Shown: positions 37,529 through 48,100 of the stretch, piece after piece
Layout of the letters: the number at the start of each line of letters is the position of its first letter
Numbering within the stretch: position 1 is the stretch's first letter
Origin: Thermoanaerobaculia bacterium
GTDB taxonomy: Bacteria > Acidobacteriota > Thermoanaerobaculia > UBA5066 > Gp7-AA6
Length of the DNA: 64,000 nucleotides
Reading direction: 5' to 3'
Assembly (NCBI GenBank): GCA_036395755.1
Contig: DASWCZ010000094.1
Span: 13,884 to 77,883, forward strand
Position numbers and translations under genes: made by a program
Notes under the pieces: model-generated
The model's database searches: none
Told to the model about the DNA's origin: nothing
Seen by the model: the letters and a program-made list of their open reading frames with translations, nothing else

Positions 37529-38542
37529 ATGCGCGCTTTCGTCCAGACCCGAATCGGAGCTTTCGAGGAACGTGACTTGCCGCCGCCCCGCGCCGGACCG
37601 GGCGAGGTCGTGCTCCGAGTGCGCGCGGCCCTGACCTGCGGAACGGACCGCAAGCTGCTGACGCGCGGACATCCCCGGATCGCCCTGCCCGTGACGATGG
37701 GACACGAAGCGTGCGGCGAGATCGCGGAAGTCGGGCAGAGCGTCGAAGGCTTTCGCGCCGGGGACCGGGTCGTGCCCGGCATCTCGGGGCCGTGTGGCAG
37801 ATGTCGCGAGTGTCGCCGCGGATTCGAGAATCTCTGCGCGGCGGGGCATGGCGACCGGACGTGGGGCGCCTTCGCGGAGCTCTTGAGGGTGCCCGCGTCG
37901 GTGGTGGCTCGAAATCTCCATCGCGTCCCCGAGGGTGTGGCCGACGAGACCGCCGCTTTCCTCGATCCTCTCGCTTCGGTCCTTCACGGCTGGAGCCGGC
38001 TCGGCCCGACGAGTGGAAGACTTCTCGTCTACGGGGCAGGGGCGCTCGGTCTCCTGTGGGCCGCCACGGCCCGCCTGCGCGGCATTCCGACGACCGTCGC
38101 CGCGAGAGGCGGGGACGACCGGCTCGCGATCGCGCGGCGGTACGGCGCCCGGGTCGTCGACCTCGAGCACGATCGGCCCGAAACGCTTTCGGACGGCCCG
38201 GAAGGCGTTCCCGAGTCGGCGGTCGACTGCACGGGCGACGAGTCCGTGTGGCGCCTGCTGCCCGATCTCGTCCTCCCGGGAGGGAAGGTGCTGCTCTTCG
38301 GCGGCTGTGCCCCCGGCGCGACGGTCACGTACGACGCCGCGCGCCTCCACTACTCCGAGATCTCGCTCCTCGGCTCGTTCCACTATCGCCCCGAGGAAGC
38401 GCGCGAGGCGATGAGAATGCTTTCCTCGGGAGAGATTGATCCGGCGCCGCTCGTGACCGACCGCGGGGGCCTCTCCGATCTCCCGAGGTTCCTCGCGGCG
38501 GAGGCGCGCCGCGAAGGGATCCGATACGCGGTGTCTCCGTGA
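37529..38542 (+). CDS. zinc-dependent medium-chain alcohol dehydrogenase (MDR family)
   Basis: Catalytic Zn motif (TCGTDRKLLTRGHPRIALPVTMGHEACGEI), structural Zn cysteines (GPCGRCRECRRGFENLC) and Rossmann fold (LLVYGAGALG). Confidence 0.85.
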   Translation: MRAFVQTRIGAFEERDLPPPRAGPGEVVLRVRAALTCGTDRKLLTRGHPRIALPVTMGHEACGEIAEVGQSVEGFRAGDRVVPGISGPCGRCRECRRGFENLCAAGHGDRTWGAFAELLRVPASVVARNLHRVPEGVADETAAFLDPLASVLHGWSRLGPTSGRLLVYGAGALGLLWAATARLRGIPTTVAARGGDDRLAIARRYGARVVDLEHDRPETLSDGPEGVPESAVDCTGDESVWRLLPDLVLPGGKVLLFGGCAPGATVTYDAARLHYSEISLLGSFHYRPEEAREAMRMLSSGEIDPAPLVTDRGGLSDLPRFLAAEARREGIRYAVSP

Positions 38543-39588
38543 AGGCGGTGCGCGTCGAGACGGATGCTTCGGTGTCGGTCGTGGAAGTTCCCGTGCCGCG
38601 CATCGGGCCGGGAGAAGCGCTCCTGCGAACGCGCGCTTGCGGGATCTGCGGTTCCGACCTCCTCGGCTGGTACGTTCGCGAGAAGACGGGCACCATCCTC
38701 GGCCACGAGGTCGCCGGCGAGATCGTCGAGGTCGGCGCCGGCGTCGACGGTTTCACGGCAGGCGACCGGGTCGTCCCGCACCATCACGCGCCGTGCGGCG
38801 AGTGCGATGAGTGCGGCAACGGCCGGCCCGTTCACTGCCGCGAGTGGCGAAGGTCCTTCCTCGATCCGGGCGGGATGGCGGAGTTCGTCCGGATCCCGGC
38901 GGCCAACCTCTCGCGGGACACTCAGAAAACGCCGGCCTTCCTGACGGACGAGGAAGCGACCTTCGTCGAGCCGCTCGCGACGGTGGTCAAGGCGTTCCGG
39001 CGCGGACGTTACACGCCGTCGCGCTCTCTCCTGGCGGTCGGGCTGGGAACGACGGGGCAGCTCGCGATCCGTCTCGCGAAATCGCTCGGAGCCTCGAAGG
39101 TTGCCGGAGCCGACCGGGTCGCTTCGCGGCTCGACCTGGCGAAGAGGAGCGGCGCGACGGAGGCGTTCGACGTTTCCCTGGCGACGCTCCCCGGAGCCGG
39201 AAGCTTCGACTTCGTGTTCGTCGGGCCGGGAAAAGCCTCGGTCATCGAATCGGCATTGGGGGCGGTGGCGCCGGGAGGAACGCTCCTCGCGTTCACGATG
39301 GCGGCGCCGGAGGAGCGCCTGGCGCTCTCGCCGCACGACCTCTATTTCCGCGAGGTCGAGATCGTGCCGTCGTACTCCGCGGGACCCGGCGACATGCGGG
39401 AAGCGCTTTCGCTTCTCTCTTCGCGACGCGTCGAGGTCGCGGACCTCGTCACGCACCGCTTCGGAATCGATCGCGCGCGTGAGGCCTTCGAGCGAGCCGC
39501 CGATCCCGAGGGCTCCGTGAAAGTCCTTCTGACCTTCGAGAATGTCGCGGGGACAGGCCCTGCGGGCCTGCACCCGCCACCGAACTAA
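38539..39588 (+). CDS. second zinc-dependent MDR alcohol dehydrogenase (tandem paralogue)
   Basis: CGICGSDLLGW...LGHEVAGEI and CGECDECGNGRPVHC Zn motifs. GTG start overlaps the previous stop. Confidence 0.85.
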   Translation: MKAVRVETDASVSVVEVPVPRIGPGEALLRTRACGICGSDLLGWYVREKTGTILGHEVAGEIVEVGAGVDGFTAGDRVVPHHHAPCGECDECGNGRPVHCREWRRSFLDPGGMAEFVRIPAANLSRDTQKTPAFLTDEEATFVEPLATVVKAFRRGRYTPSRSLLAVGLGTTGQLAIRLAKSLGASKVAGADRVASRLDLAKRSGATEAFDVSLATLPGAGSFDFVFVGPGKASVIESALGAVAPGGTLLAFTMAAPEERLALSPHDLYFREVEIVPSYSAGPGDMREALSLLSSRRVEVADLVTHRFGIDRAREAFERAADPEGSVKVLLTFENVAGTGPAGLHPPPN

Positions 39589-39593
39589 GAAGC

Positions 39594-40328
39594 GTGGTCC
39601 GCCTCCGGCTCGACCGGCTGCTCGTCCTGCGCGGTCTCGCCCCGACGCGGGAGAAGGCGCAGGCGATGATCCTCTCCGGCGCCGTCTCGGTCGCCGGCCG
39701 CCGCGCCGACAAGGCGGGCACGCCGATCGAAGAGACCCAGGAGGTCACGGTCGAAGGTCGACCACATCCCTATGTCTCCCGCGGCGGCGTCAAGCTCGCC
39801 GCCGCGCTCGAGGCTTTCCGGCTCGACCCGAGTGGGCTCGTCTGCCTCGACGTCGGCGCGTCGACCGGCGGCTTCACGGACTGCTTTCTCCAGCGGGGCG
39901 CCGCGAAGGTCTACGCCGTGGACGTCGGGTACGGGCAGCTCGACGCGAAGCTCCGCAACGATTCGCGGGTCGTCGTCCGCGAGAGAGTCAACGCACGCTC
40001 TCTCTCGCGCGAGCACGTGCCCGAGCCGGTCGGTCTCGCCGCCGTCGACGTCTCCTTCATCTCTGCGCGGCTCATCCTGCCGGCGGTCGCTTCGCTGGTC
40101 GTGAAACGGGGCGCGGTCGTCGTCCTCGTGAAACCCCAGTTCGAAGCGGGGCGCGCCGAGGTCGGCAAAGGCGGAATCGTGCGCTCCGAAGACGTCCGCA
40201 GACGAGTCGTCGCCGAGGCGGAAGATTTCGGTCGCCGTCTCGGGCTCGAGTGGATCGGCTCGATTCCGTCTCCCATCCGGGGAGCCCGCGGCAACGAGGA
40301 GTTTCTCGTCGCCTTTCGTGTAAATTGA
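39594..40328 (+). CDS. tlyA: TlyA-family rRNA 2'-O-methyltransferase (hemolysin A-like)
   Basis: N-terminal S4 domain (LRLDRLLVLRGLAPTREKAQAMILSGAV) and FtsJ-like MTase domain (LDVGASTGGFTDC...KVYAVDVG). The tlyA-nadK adjacency is conserved. Confidence 0.88.
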   Translation: MVRLRLDRLLVLRGLAPTREKAQAMILSGAVSVAGRRADKAGTPIEETQEVTVEGRPHPYVSRGGVKLAAALEAFRLDPSGLVCLDVGASTGGFTDCFLQRGAAKVYAVDVGYGQLDAKLRNDSRVVVRERVNARSLSREHVPEPVGLAAVDVSFISARLILPAVASLVVKRGAVVVLVKPQFEAGRAEVGKGGIVRSEDVRRRVVAEAEDFGRRLGLEWIGSIPSPIRGARGNEEFLVAFRVN

Positions 40329-40333
40329 GCGGG

Positions 40334-41230
40334 ATGAAGGGGTCGCGGTCTCGTGCTCCGCGTCCGCAGCACGCGCGATTCCGGCGCGTCGGCCTCGCTT
40401 GCAAGCGCACTTTGAAAGCCGCTCTCTCGCTGGCGCAGGCGCTCGAGGGGGCCCTCCAGAGCCGGGGCCTCGAGGTCCGATTCGACTCGGACAGCGCGGA
40501 GGCGCTCGGACGTCCGGACGGACTGCCGCGCGATCGTCTCGCTCGCGCCGTCGATCTCGTGATCGTGATCGGAGGAGACGGAACGCTTCTCTCGGTGGCA
40601 CGCTCCGCTCCGACGTCGACGCCGGTCCTCGGAGTCAACGTCGGGGTCCTGGGATTTTTAGCCGGCCTCTCGCGATCGGAGGCGCTCCCGCGCTTGGACG
40701 AGGTCCTGGCGGGCGAGTTCCGGGAAGACCGGCGGCTCCGTCTCTCGGTCGCCGTCACCGGCCTTCCGCGCCCGGCGAGGTTCCACGCCCTGAACGACGC
40801 GGTTCTGAACAAGGAGGCGCTGGCCCGGATCTCGACGTTCCGGGTCGAGCTCGATGGGCGCCCGGTCGCGGAATTCCGCGCCGACGGCGTGATCGTCGCG
40901 ACCCCGACCGGTTCGACGGCCTACAACCTCTCGGCGGGCGGACCTATTCTCCACCCGCAGCTCCCCGCGGTCGTCGTGACGCCGATCTGTCCTCACACGC
41001 TGTCGCAGCGTCCTCTCGTGGTGCCGGCCGACACGGTGATCGGCCTTCGGGTCTTGGATGCGCCGACGGAGGGAGGGGTGTATCTCACTTTGGACGGACA
41101 GGAAGGACTTCCGATCGGGCCGGAGTGCTCCGTCGAGATCCGGCCGGCTTCGTCCACGGTGACGCTCCTCCGGCCCCCCGAAGACGACCACTTCCGCAAC
41201 CTGGCGGAGAAGTTGAACTGGGGAATCTGA
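40334..41230 (+). CDS. nadK: NAD kinase
   Basis: GGDG motif (VIVIGGDGTLLSVAR) and NE/D and DGxxxxTPTGSTAYNLSAGGP motifs. Confidence 0.92.
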   Translation: MKGSRSRAPRPQHARFRRVGLACKRTLKAALSLAQALEGALQSRGLEVRFDSDSAEALGRPDGLPRDRLARAVDLVIVIGGDGTLLSVARSAPTSTPVLGVNVGVLGFLAGLSRSEALPRLDEVLAGEFREDRRLRLSVAVTGLPRPARFHALNDAVLNKEALARISTFRVELDGRPVAEFRADGVIVATPTGSTAYNLSAGGPILHPQLPAVVVTPICPHTLSQRPLVVPADTVIGLRVLDAPTEGGVYLTLDGQEGLPIGPECSVEIRPASSTVTLLRPPEDDHFRNLAEKLNWGI

Positions 41231-41231
41231 C

Positions 41232-44200
41232 GTGAACCGTCCGCAAACGCCTTCGCCTGCCGGGGAGGAGATTCACCATCCCGCGCTTCATCTCTCTCCC
41301 CTCCGGCTCTTTGCCGTCGTCGTCGTCTTCCTCGTGCTCGCGAGCTATGCCGTGTGGAACTCGGAAAGGTTCCAGAACCTGTTTCAGGGGCTTTCGCAGA
41401 CGAGGCTCTCTGCGGCGCTCGGACGGCCGGTGACTTTCCGGCAGGTCGAGGTTCGTTTCCTGCCCCCTTCCGTCCAGCTCGCCGACGTCCGGATCGGCAA
41501 CGACCCAAGACTCGGCCCGGAGCCGTTTCTCTCTGCGGACGAGGTGTCGATCGGCGGAGGGGTTTCCCTGACCGGGCAGGAGCTCCGGCTCGGCCGCATC
41601 CGCGCGGTTCATCCGAAGGTCTCTCTCGTGCAGTTTCCCGACGGATCCTGGAACCTGCCCTCCGGCATCAACCGGCCGGCGCGCAAAGGAGGTCTGAAGG
41701 TTCGCGTCGGCGAAGTCGTCATTCAACAGGGGGTCTTCGAGCTCGATGGGCGGAAAGCGCAGTTGGACGTCGTCCTCGAGGACTTCGCGGGCAACCTGTC
41801 GGCGATCGGGGAGGATCACTACAGCGGCGCCCTCACCTCCCGGAAGATGACCCTCTCTCTTCCGGACGCGGAGCCGATCGTCTCGGATCTCTCGACGCGC
41901 TTCCACATGGAGCCCGCGCACGGGATCGTGCTCGAAACGCTCGCGGTCGCCGGATCGTTCGGTAAGTTGACCGCGGCAGGCGCGATCGAAATGGGTGTTT
42001 CCGCCCGCACGACCTTCGTCGCGTCGGGGAACGTCTCGGTCACGGAAGTCGAGCGGATCTTTCATTCTCACCTCGGGTTCGCGGGCGACGCGCGCGTGGA
42101 CGCGCGGCTGGACGTCCCGGCGGGAGGGGATTTCCGTATCGCGGGAAAGATCGCGGCGCCACGGATCGATGCGAAGGGGTTTCTTCTGGACGACGTCGAG
42201 GCGTCGGTGGATGCGCGGCGGGAGGAGCTCGTCGCACACATCGAGCGCGGCCGCTATGCCGGCGGGGAGGCGCAGGGGCTCGTCCGCATCGCGAGCCTCG
42301 TGGCGAAGCCGCGTCTCTTCACGATCGCGCTCGAGGGGCGGGGGCTCTCTCTCGAGCGCTTCTTCGCCGACCTTCACCTTCCCGGCACGGGACTCTCCGG
42401 AGCGGCGGACCTGACGCTCGCGATGCGCTTCGCGGAAGAGGCCGGCATCGAGCACGCCGATGGCGGCGGATCGATCGAGATTCGACCCGGACCCGCGGCG
42501 TCGCTCTACGCGGGACGCCACGGCCTGCCGACCGGCGGAGGCGGTCCGCTCTCCGTCGTCGACGGCCGCATCGGATTCGAAGGAGTGACGCTGCGTTTCC
42601 CGCAGACGACGGTGGATCTGACGGGAGGCATGTCGATCGGCCGCTGGAGTCCGGACTTCGATCTCCATCTGACGTCCCGCGACCTTTCCGAGGTGGACCG
42701 GCTCTTCCAGAACCTGCTCGCCGCAACGGGCGGCAGGCCCGCTCCGCTCGGGCTCGGCGGCACCGGAGAGGTCACCGGCCACCTCGCCGGGACCTGGGGC
42801 GATCCGGACGCCACGGTCCAGTTCTCCGCCGAAGACGCGCTCTGGGCGGGCGTCCGGTTCGGAAGCGTCCGCGGAACGGCCGACATCCGCGAGGGAGCGT
42901 TCGTCTTCCGGCCGCTGCGCGCCTACGAGGGAGAGGCGAGCCTCTCGCTGGATGGAACCGTCCGCTACCGGGAAGAGCCGGGGCGACCCAAGCTCGACGT
43001 GCAGATCGCCGCGCACGAATATCCCGTCAAGAGACTGCTCGACTACCTCGCCCTCGATTACCCGGTGGAGGGATTCGTTTCCGGCGGCTTCCCCATCGCC
43101 GGATCGGCGACTTCGCTTTCGGGCGGAGGCCCGATCACCCTCCGAGATGCGGTGATCTGGGGACAGAAAGTGCCGCTCGTCTCCGGACGAGTCCTCTTCT
43201 CGCCGGGACGGTTCGAACTCGCCGAGGTGCGCGCGGAGCTCGGCGGCGGGATGGTCGGCGGGAGCGGTTCGATCGCGATCGAGGAGAAGACCTTCCAAGC
43301 GCGGTTCGCCGGCGACGCCCTTCCGATCCAGTCGATTACGGCGCTCTCCGATTTTGCCGACCGGGTCTCCGGGAAGCTGTCGTTTCAGGTGTCGGGATCG
43401 GGAAAGATCGACCGCCCCGATCTGACGGTGACCGCGACCCTCGCCGACGCGACCGTTTTCGGCCACCGCCTGCCGGACAAGAGCGAGCCGCGGCTCGAAG
43501 CGAAGATCGTCACGGGAGAGCTCACCGGCTCCGTCGCCGTGAAAGATCGCTGGAACGTGACGGCTGCCGGAAACGTCTTCGAGCCGGGATCCCGCGTCTC
43601 GGTCTCGCTCGACGCGAGAGATCTCGCCGCGCTCCTGCTCTTCACGCCGCTCGACCTCGCGCCCGGACGCGGCGGCGCGCTGGCGGTCCGGGGAGTGTTG
43701 ACCCTCCCCGCGAAAGCGGGTGAGTTTCTCTCCGGCCTCTTCACGGTCACCGAGGCCCGGCTCGACTTCCCGGACCGGCCCGGTGTGCTCCGGACCTCCG
43801 GGGACGTCCGGATCGTGCTCGGAAAGCACGAGCTCGTTTTCGACGAGTTCCACGCGGTCGGGGAGGGAACCGATCTGAAGGTGCAGGGCTCGATGGATTT
43901 CGCCGGCTCGAAGGCGCTCTCGGTCGCGGTGGCCGGACCGATCGACGCCTCGCTCGTGTCTCTCGCTCTGCCCGATACCGCACTTTCCGGAAGGCTCTCG
44001 GTCGACGTCCGCGCCGCCGGAACGCTGCAGACGCCGTCTCTCTCGGGGACCGTCCGGATCGAGAACGGCAAGTACCGGCTGACCGGCCTGACACAGATCT
44101 TGGACGACATCGACGGCGTCATCTCGTTCCACGGCTCGAGCGCCGCGATCGACGGCATCCGCGCGCGCGTCGGGGGCGGTGACCTGCTGGCGGCGGGAAG

Positions 44201-45191
44201 CGTGAATCTCGAGGGGTTGAAGCTCTCGAACTTCCGGATGACGATCCAGGCCCGTCACGTCGCGCTGCGGTATCCCGAAGACATGCGGCTCGTCGTGGAC
44301 GCCGATCTGGTCGCGAGCGGCGTTCCGGGCGGAAACGTGGTGCGCGGCGAGGTCACGCTCCTGCGGGGGACGTACTCCCGGGATTTCGGCGTGACGCTTT
44401 CGGACCTGCTCGTGCGAAGCCGGCCGAGCGGTGCGATCGCCGCGCGAGAACCGTGGAAGGATCAGACGGTTCTCGAGGTGAGGATCGTCTCTGCCGCGGC
44501 TCTCGAGGTCCGCAACAACGTCGCGCGTTTGACCGCGGAGGTGGATCTCGTCGCGCGCGGGACGGTCGCGCAGCCGATCGTGCTCGGTCAGATCCTCTTC
44601 GACGAAGGGGGGCGCATCACTTTCCGCGACGTCCAGTACGAAATCGAATCGGGCACGGTCACATTCGCGAATACGGCCCGCATCGCGCCGATCGTGGACC
44701 TGCGCGCGCGAGCGGAGGTCAAGGGGTACGACCTGGTCGTCAACCTCGTGGGAACCTGGCCGCGGATCCAGTCGACGTTCACCTCGGATCCGCCGCTCTC
44801 CGATGACGCGGTCATCGGGTTGCTTCTGACCGGCGCTGCGCCGAACCAGCGCGCCGGCGCCGAAGAGAATCAGTCGCTGGTGACGGCCGCGGGCGGAGTC
44901 GTGGCGGGGGCGGTGACCGGATCGCTCGCGCGCCGCACTCAGAGGCTCTTCCGGCTCGATCGCTTCCAGATCGATCCCGTCTTCACCGGAAGCCAGCTGA
45001 CCGACATCCGCTCGACGGTCGGCAAGCAGATCACTCCGGAGCTGCTCGTGACGTATTCGCAATCTCTGAACTCGGACAAGGAATCGGTCGTTCAGCTCGA
45101 GTGGCGGGTGACGCAAACGATCACGCTGCAGGCGCTCCGCGACGAGAACGGGATCTACTCGATCAACGTGCGGCGGCGGCAGCGGTTTTGA
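41232..45191 (+). CDS. tamB: TamB/AsmA-family translocation-and-assembly-module protein (DUF490 C-terminus)
   Basis: 1319 aa with an N-terminal signal-anchor helix, a long beta-rich repetitive periplasmic region and a conserved DUF490-like C-terminus (...QSLNSDKESVVQLEWRVTQTITLQA...). GTG start 2 nt after the nadK stop. Confidence 0.7.
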   Translation: MNRPQTPSPAGEEIHHPALHLSPLRLFAVVVVFLVLASYAVWNSERFQNLFQGLSQTRLSAALGRPVTFRQVEVRFLPPSVQLADVRIGNDPRLGPEPFLSADEVSIGGGVSLTGQELRLGRIRAVHPKVSLVQFPDGSWNLPSGINRPARKGGLKVRVGEVVIQQGVFELDGRKAQLDVVLEDFAGNLSAIGEDHYSGALTSRKMTLSLPDAEPIVSDLSTRFHMEPAHGIVLETLAVAGSFGKLTAAGAIEMGVSARTTFVASGNVSVTEVERIFHSHLGFAGDARVDARLDVPAGGDFRIAGKIAAPRIDAKGFLLDDVEASVDARREELVAHIERGRYAGGEAQGLVRIASLVAKPRLFTIALEGRGLSLERFFADLHLPGTGLSGAADLTLAMRFAEEAGIEHADGGGSIEIRPGPAASLYAGRHGLPTGGGGPLSVVDGRIGFEGVTLRFPQTTVDLTGGMSIGRWSPDFDLHLTSRDLSEVDRLFQNLLAATGGRPAPLGLGGTGEVTGHLAGTWGDPDATVQFSAEDALWAGVRFGSVRGTADIREGAFVFRPLRAYEGEASLSLDGTVRYREEPGRPKLDVQIAAHEYPVKRLLDYLALDYPVEGFVSGGFPIAGSATSLSGGGPITLRDAVIWGQKVPLVSGRVLFSPGRFELAEVRAELGGGMVGGSGSIAIEEKTFQARFAGDALPIQSITALSDFADRVSGKLSFQVSGSGKIDRPDLTVTATLADATVFGHRLPDKSEPRLEAKIVTGELTGSVAVKDRWNVTAAGNVFEPGSRVSVSLDARDLAALLLFTPLDLAPGRGGALAVRGVLTLPAKAGEFLSGLFTVTEARLDFPDRPGVLRTSGDVRIVLGKHELVFDEFHAVGEGTDLKVQGSMDFAGSKALSVAVAGPIDASLVSLALPDTALSGRLSVDVRAAGTLQTPSLSGTVRIENGKYRLTGLTQILDDIDGVISFHGSSAAIDGIRARVGGGDLLAAGSVNLEGLKLSNFRMTIQARHVALRYPEDMRLVVDADLVASGVPGGNVVRGEVTLLRGTYSRDFGVTLSDLLVRSRPSGAIAAREPWKDQTVLEVRIVSAAALEVRNNVARLTAEVDLVARGTVAQPIVLGQILFDEGGRITFRDVQYEIESGTVTFANTARIAPIVDLRARAEVKGYDLVVNLVGTWPRIQSTFTSDPPLSDDAVIGLLLTGAAPNQRAGAEENQSLVTAAGGVVAGAVTGSLARRTQRLFRLDRFQIDPVFTGSQLTDIRSTVGKQITPELLVTYSQSLNSDKESVVQLEWRVTQTITLQALRDENGIYSINVRRRQRF

Positions 45192-48100
45192 GGCGTCATC
45201 CGACTCGAAAGAGGCAGCACGCCGTAACGCCGCGCGCCGTTCGAGCCCTTTTGCTCGTCCTGCTCCTCGGCCGCGCGGGCTACGCGGCCGGCCAGCAACC
45301 GTCCGAGCCGCCGCCGCTCTACGGGCGGACGGTCGTCTCTCTCGCGTACACCTCCGATGGTCCGGTCGACCACGACGAAGTCGCGCGGCTCATCTCGATC
45401 CAGTCGGGCCAGCCTCTGACCGAGGAGGCGACGGGATCCACGATCCGCCATCTCTTCGCGACCCGGCGCTTCTCCGACGTCCGCGTCGAGGCGGAGCCGG
45501 CGGAAGGGGGGGTCGCGGTGACCGTCCACCTCTTTCGCTCCTTCCGGGTCAACCCGCTGAAGTTCGACGACGGGGTCTCCGTTTCGAAGGAAGAGATGCG
45601 CCGCGCCATTCCGTTCTCGGAAGGCTCGGTTTTCCAGTCGGAAGAGCTCGAGGAAGGAGCGAGCGCGCTGAAAAGGCGCCTGGACGCCGAGGGCTACATC
45701 GCTTCGACAATCCAGCCGGAGGTCTTCTTCGACCGCAAGACCTTCGACGCCCGGGTCGTCTACCACATCGATGCGGGCAAGTCCGCCCGCACGGCTCCGC
45801 CTCTCTTCGACGGCGAGACGAAGCCGTTCACGCGGGAGGAGCTCCTGAAGAAGGCACACTTAGAGGAGGGCGACCGGTACCGGGAGTCGAAAGCCCGGGC
45901 CGACGCGGACCGCCTCACGAAGTTCCTTCACAAGAACGCGCGTCTTCGAGGGACGGTCGAGCTGATCGCCGCGCAGCCGACCAAGGACGGGCGGGTGATG
46001 CCGGTCTATCGCGTGACCGTGGGTCCTCGCGTCGTGTTCCAGGCCCGCGGTATCCGCGAACGTCGGGTCCGCCGCGAAGTGGGCGATCTCCTGGAAGGAC
46101 AGATCTTCGACGAAGACCTGATCCTCCAGTACACCGAGAAGGCGAGGCGCGCGCTTCAGCTCAAGGGGCACTACCGCGCGAAGGTGGATTACGCGATGGC
46201 GGAGCAGGGAGACGTCCTTACCGTGTCGATCACTGTCGACGAGGGGCGGAAGTTCGCCGTCGAAAAAATCGCGATCGCCGGGAATGACTCCGTTTCCGAC
46301 AAACAGTTGAAGAAGCTGATGGTCAGCCAGGAGAAGGGGCTGCCGCTCTTGCGGCCCGGCCGCCTCGTCGACTCCGTCCTGAAGGACGACGTCGACGCGA
46401 TGCTCGGCTACTACCAGACCCGGGGCTGGGTGAATGTCCGCATCTCCGATCCGCAGGTGACCGAGGGCTCGAAGCCCGACCGTCTGATCGTCAACATTCA
46501 CGTGACGGAAGGGCCGCGGGCGGTGGTCGCAAGCCGGAAGGTCGTCGGAGCCGAGCACCTCTCTCCCGACGAACTCGAGAAGATCTTGACGGTCGATCCG
46601 GGAAAACCGTTCAACCCGAACCTGGTCCGGCAGGACTCCTTCGCCCTGCAGAACCGCTATCGCGACCGCGGGTGGCGGGAGGCTTCGGTCAAGGACAACT
46701 GGACCCTGTCGCCCGACGGAACGTCGGCGGACGTGGTGTACGACGTCGAGGAGGGGACGAGGTCGTTCTTCGGTAAGACGATCGTGCGCGGCAACACCCG
46801 CACCGGCACCGACCGGATGACGCGCCTCGTCACGTGGAAGGAAGGAGATCCGTTTTCGGAGCAGGAGGTCCTGACGACCCAGAGGAACCTGACCCGGACG
46901 GGGGTCTTCCGCCGCGTCGAGCTTCGCCCGCAGCCGGCGGACCCGTCGAATCAGACACGGCCGGTCGAGATCGCGGTGCAGGAGGGACGGCCGCTCTCTC
47001 TCCTGTACGGCGTCGGCTATCAGTACGCGCCGGACGCGCTCGAGAACCGCAGCGACCCGTTCGCGATCGTCGGCGTGTCCTACAACAACCTTTTCGGCAC
47101 GATGCGCTCGGCTTCGATCGAAGCTCAGTACGCGCCGATCTCCCAGCGCCGCCGGCTGGTCCTGACCTTTCGCGAGCCGTTTCTCTTCAACCGCAACATT
47201 CCCCTGACCGTTCTCGGCTTTTTCACCCGCGAGCCGATCCAGACGATCGACATCACGCGCGTGGGCTCGGTCGTCGAGTCTTCACGCCTGTACGGTCGCT
47301 ATCTCCGTCTCGGGCTGCGCTACGAGTATCAGCGGATCGAGCCGGTGAACGCGCGCCGGGATCTTTCGATCATTGAGCGGGAGTTCAGCAAGTTCGACCA
47401 GCCCATCCGACAGTCGGCGATCGGCCCGAATTTGTTTTACGATCGGCGAGACGACATCATCGATCCGCGCGACGGCTATTACCTGACCGCGGCGAGCAAA
47501 TATGCGTTTCCCTTCCTCTCGGCGAACGCGCGGTACACGAAGATCTCGGGGCAGGCCGCGTACTTCCGCCCGTTCGGCGGCGGCGTGTTCGCGGTCGCGG
47601 CGCGCGCCGGGGCGATCTTCCCGTACGGCGGTGCAACGGGAGTCCCCGTTCCGATCGCGGAGCGTTTTTTCGCGGGCGGCCGATCGACCAACCGCGCGTT
47701 CGACACGGACCTTCTCGGCGTCCCCGGAGCCACGGTAGATCCGGACACCCGCGCGACGCTCCATTCCGGTGACGGAATCGGATCCTGCGCCACAAGCTAT
47801 CCGCAGCTTCTGGCCGACCATCCCGAGCTTTCTTCCTACGACTGCGATGCCGGCCCGCGAATCGTCGGCGGCAACGGATTTCTCGGGTTGAACGCCGAGT
47901 TCCGCTTCCCCATATTCGGAAACCTGGGGGGTACCCTGTTCTACGACGCCGCGCAGGTCTGGAAGCGACCCGGGGACATCCGGGTTGCCCTCGAGGGAGC
48001 GGACGGCCTGCGGCAGGGGGTCGGGGTCGGGCTGCGCTACATGACGCCGATCGGCCCGGTCCGGGTCGAGTACGGCTGGCCGGTCGATGCGCGAACCGTT

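Noticed and set aside
41085-45116. 1343-aa minus-strand ORF, and other very long antisense ORFs (7415-11068 +, 21571-23682 -, 25689-28106 -, 5321-7399 +, 47282-49036 -)
   Set aside because: They lie opposite strongly homologous genes (tamB, nusA/infB, thrS, pheT, argR/bamA). Translations are Arg/Gly/Pro/Ala-rich low-complexity sequence typical of stop-codon-poor antisense frames in high-GC DNA.
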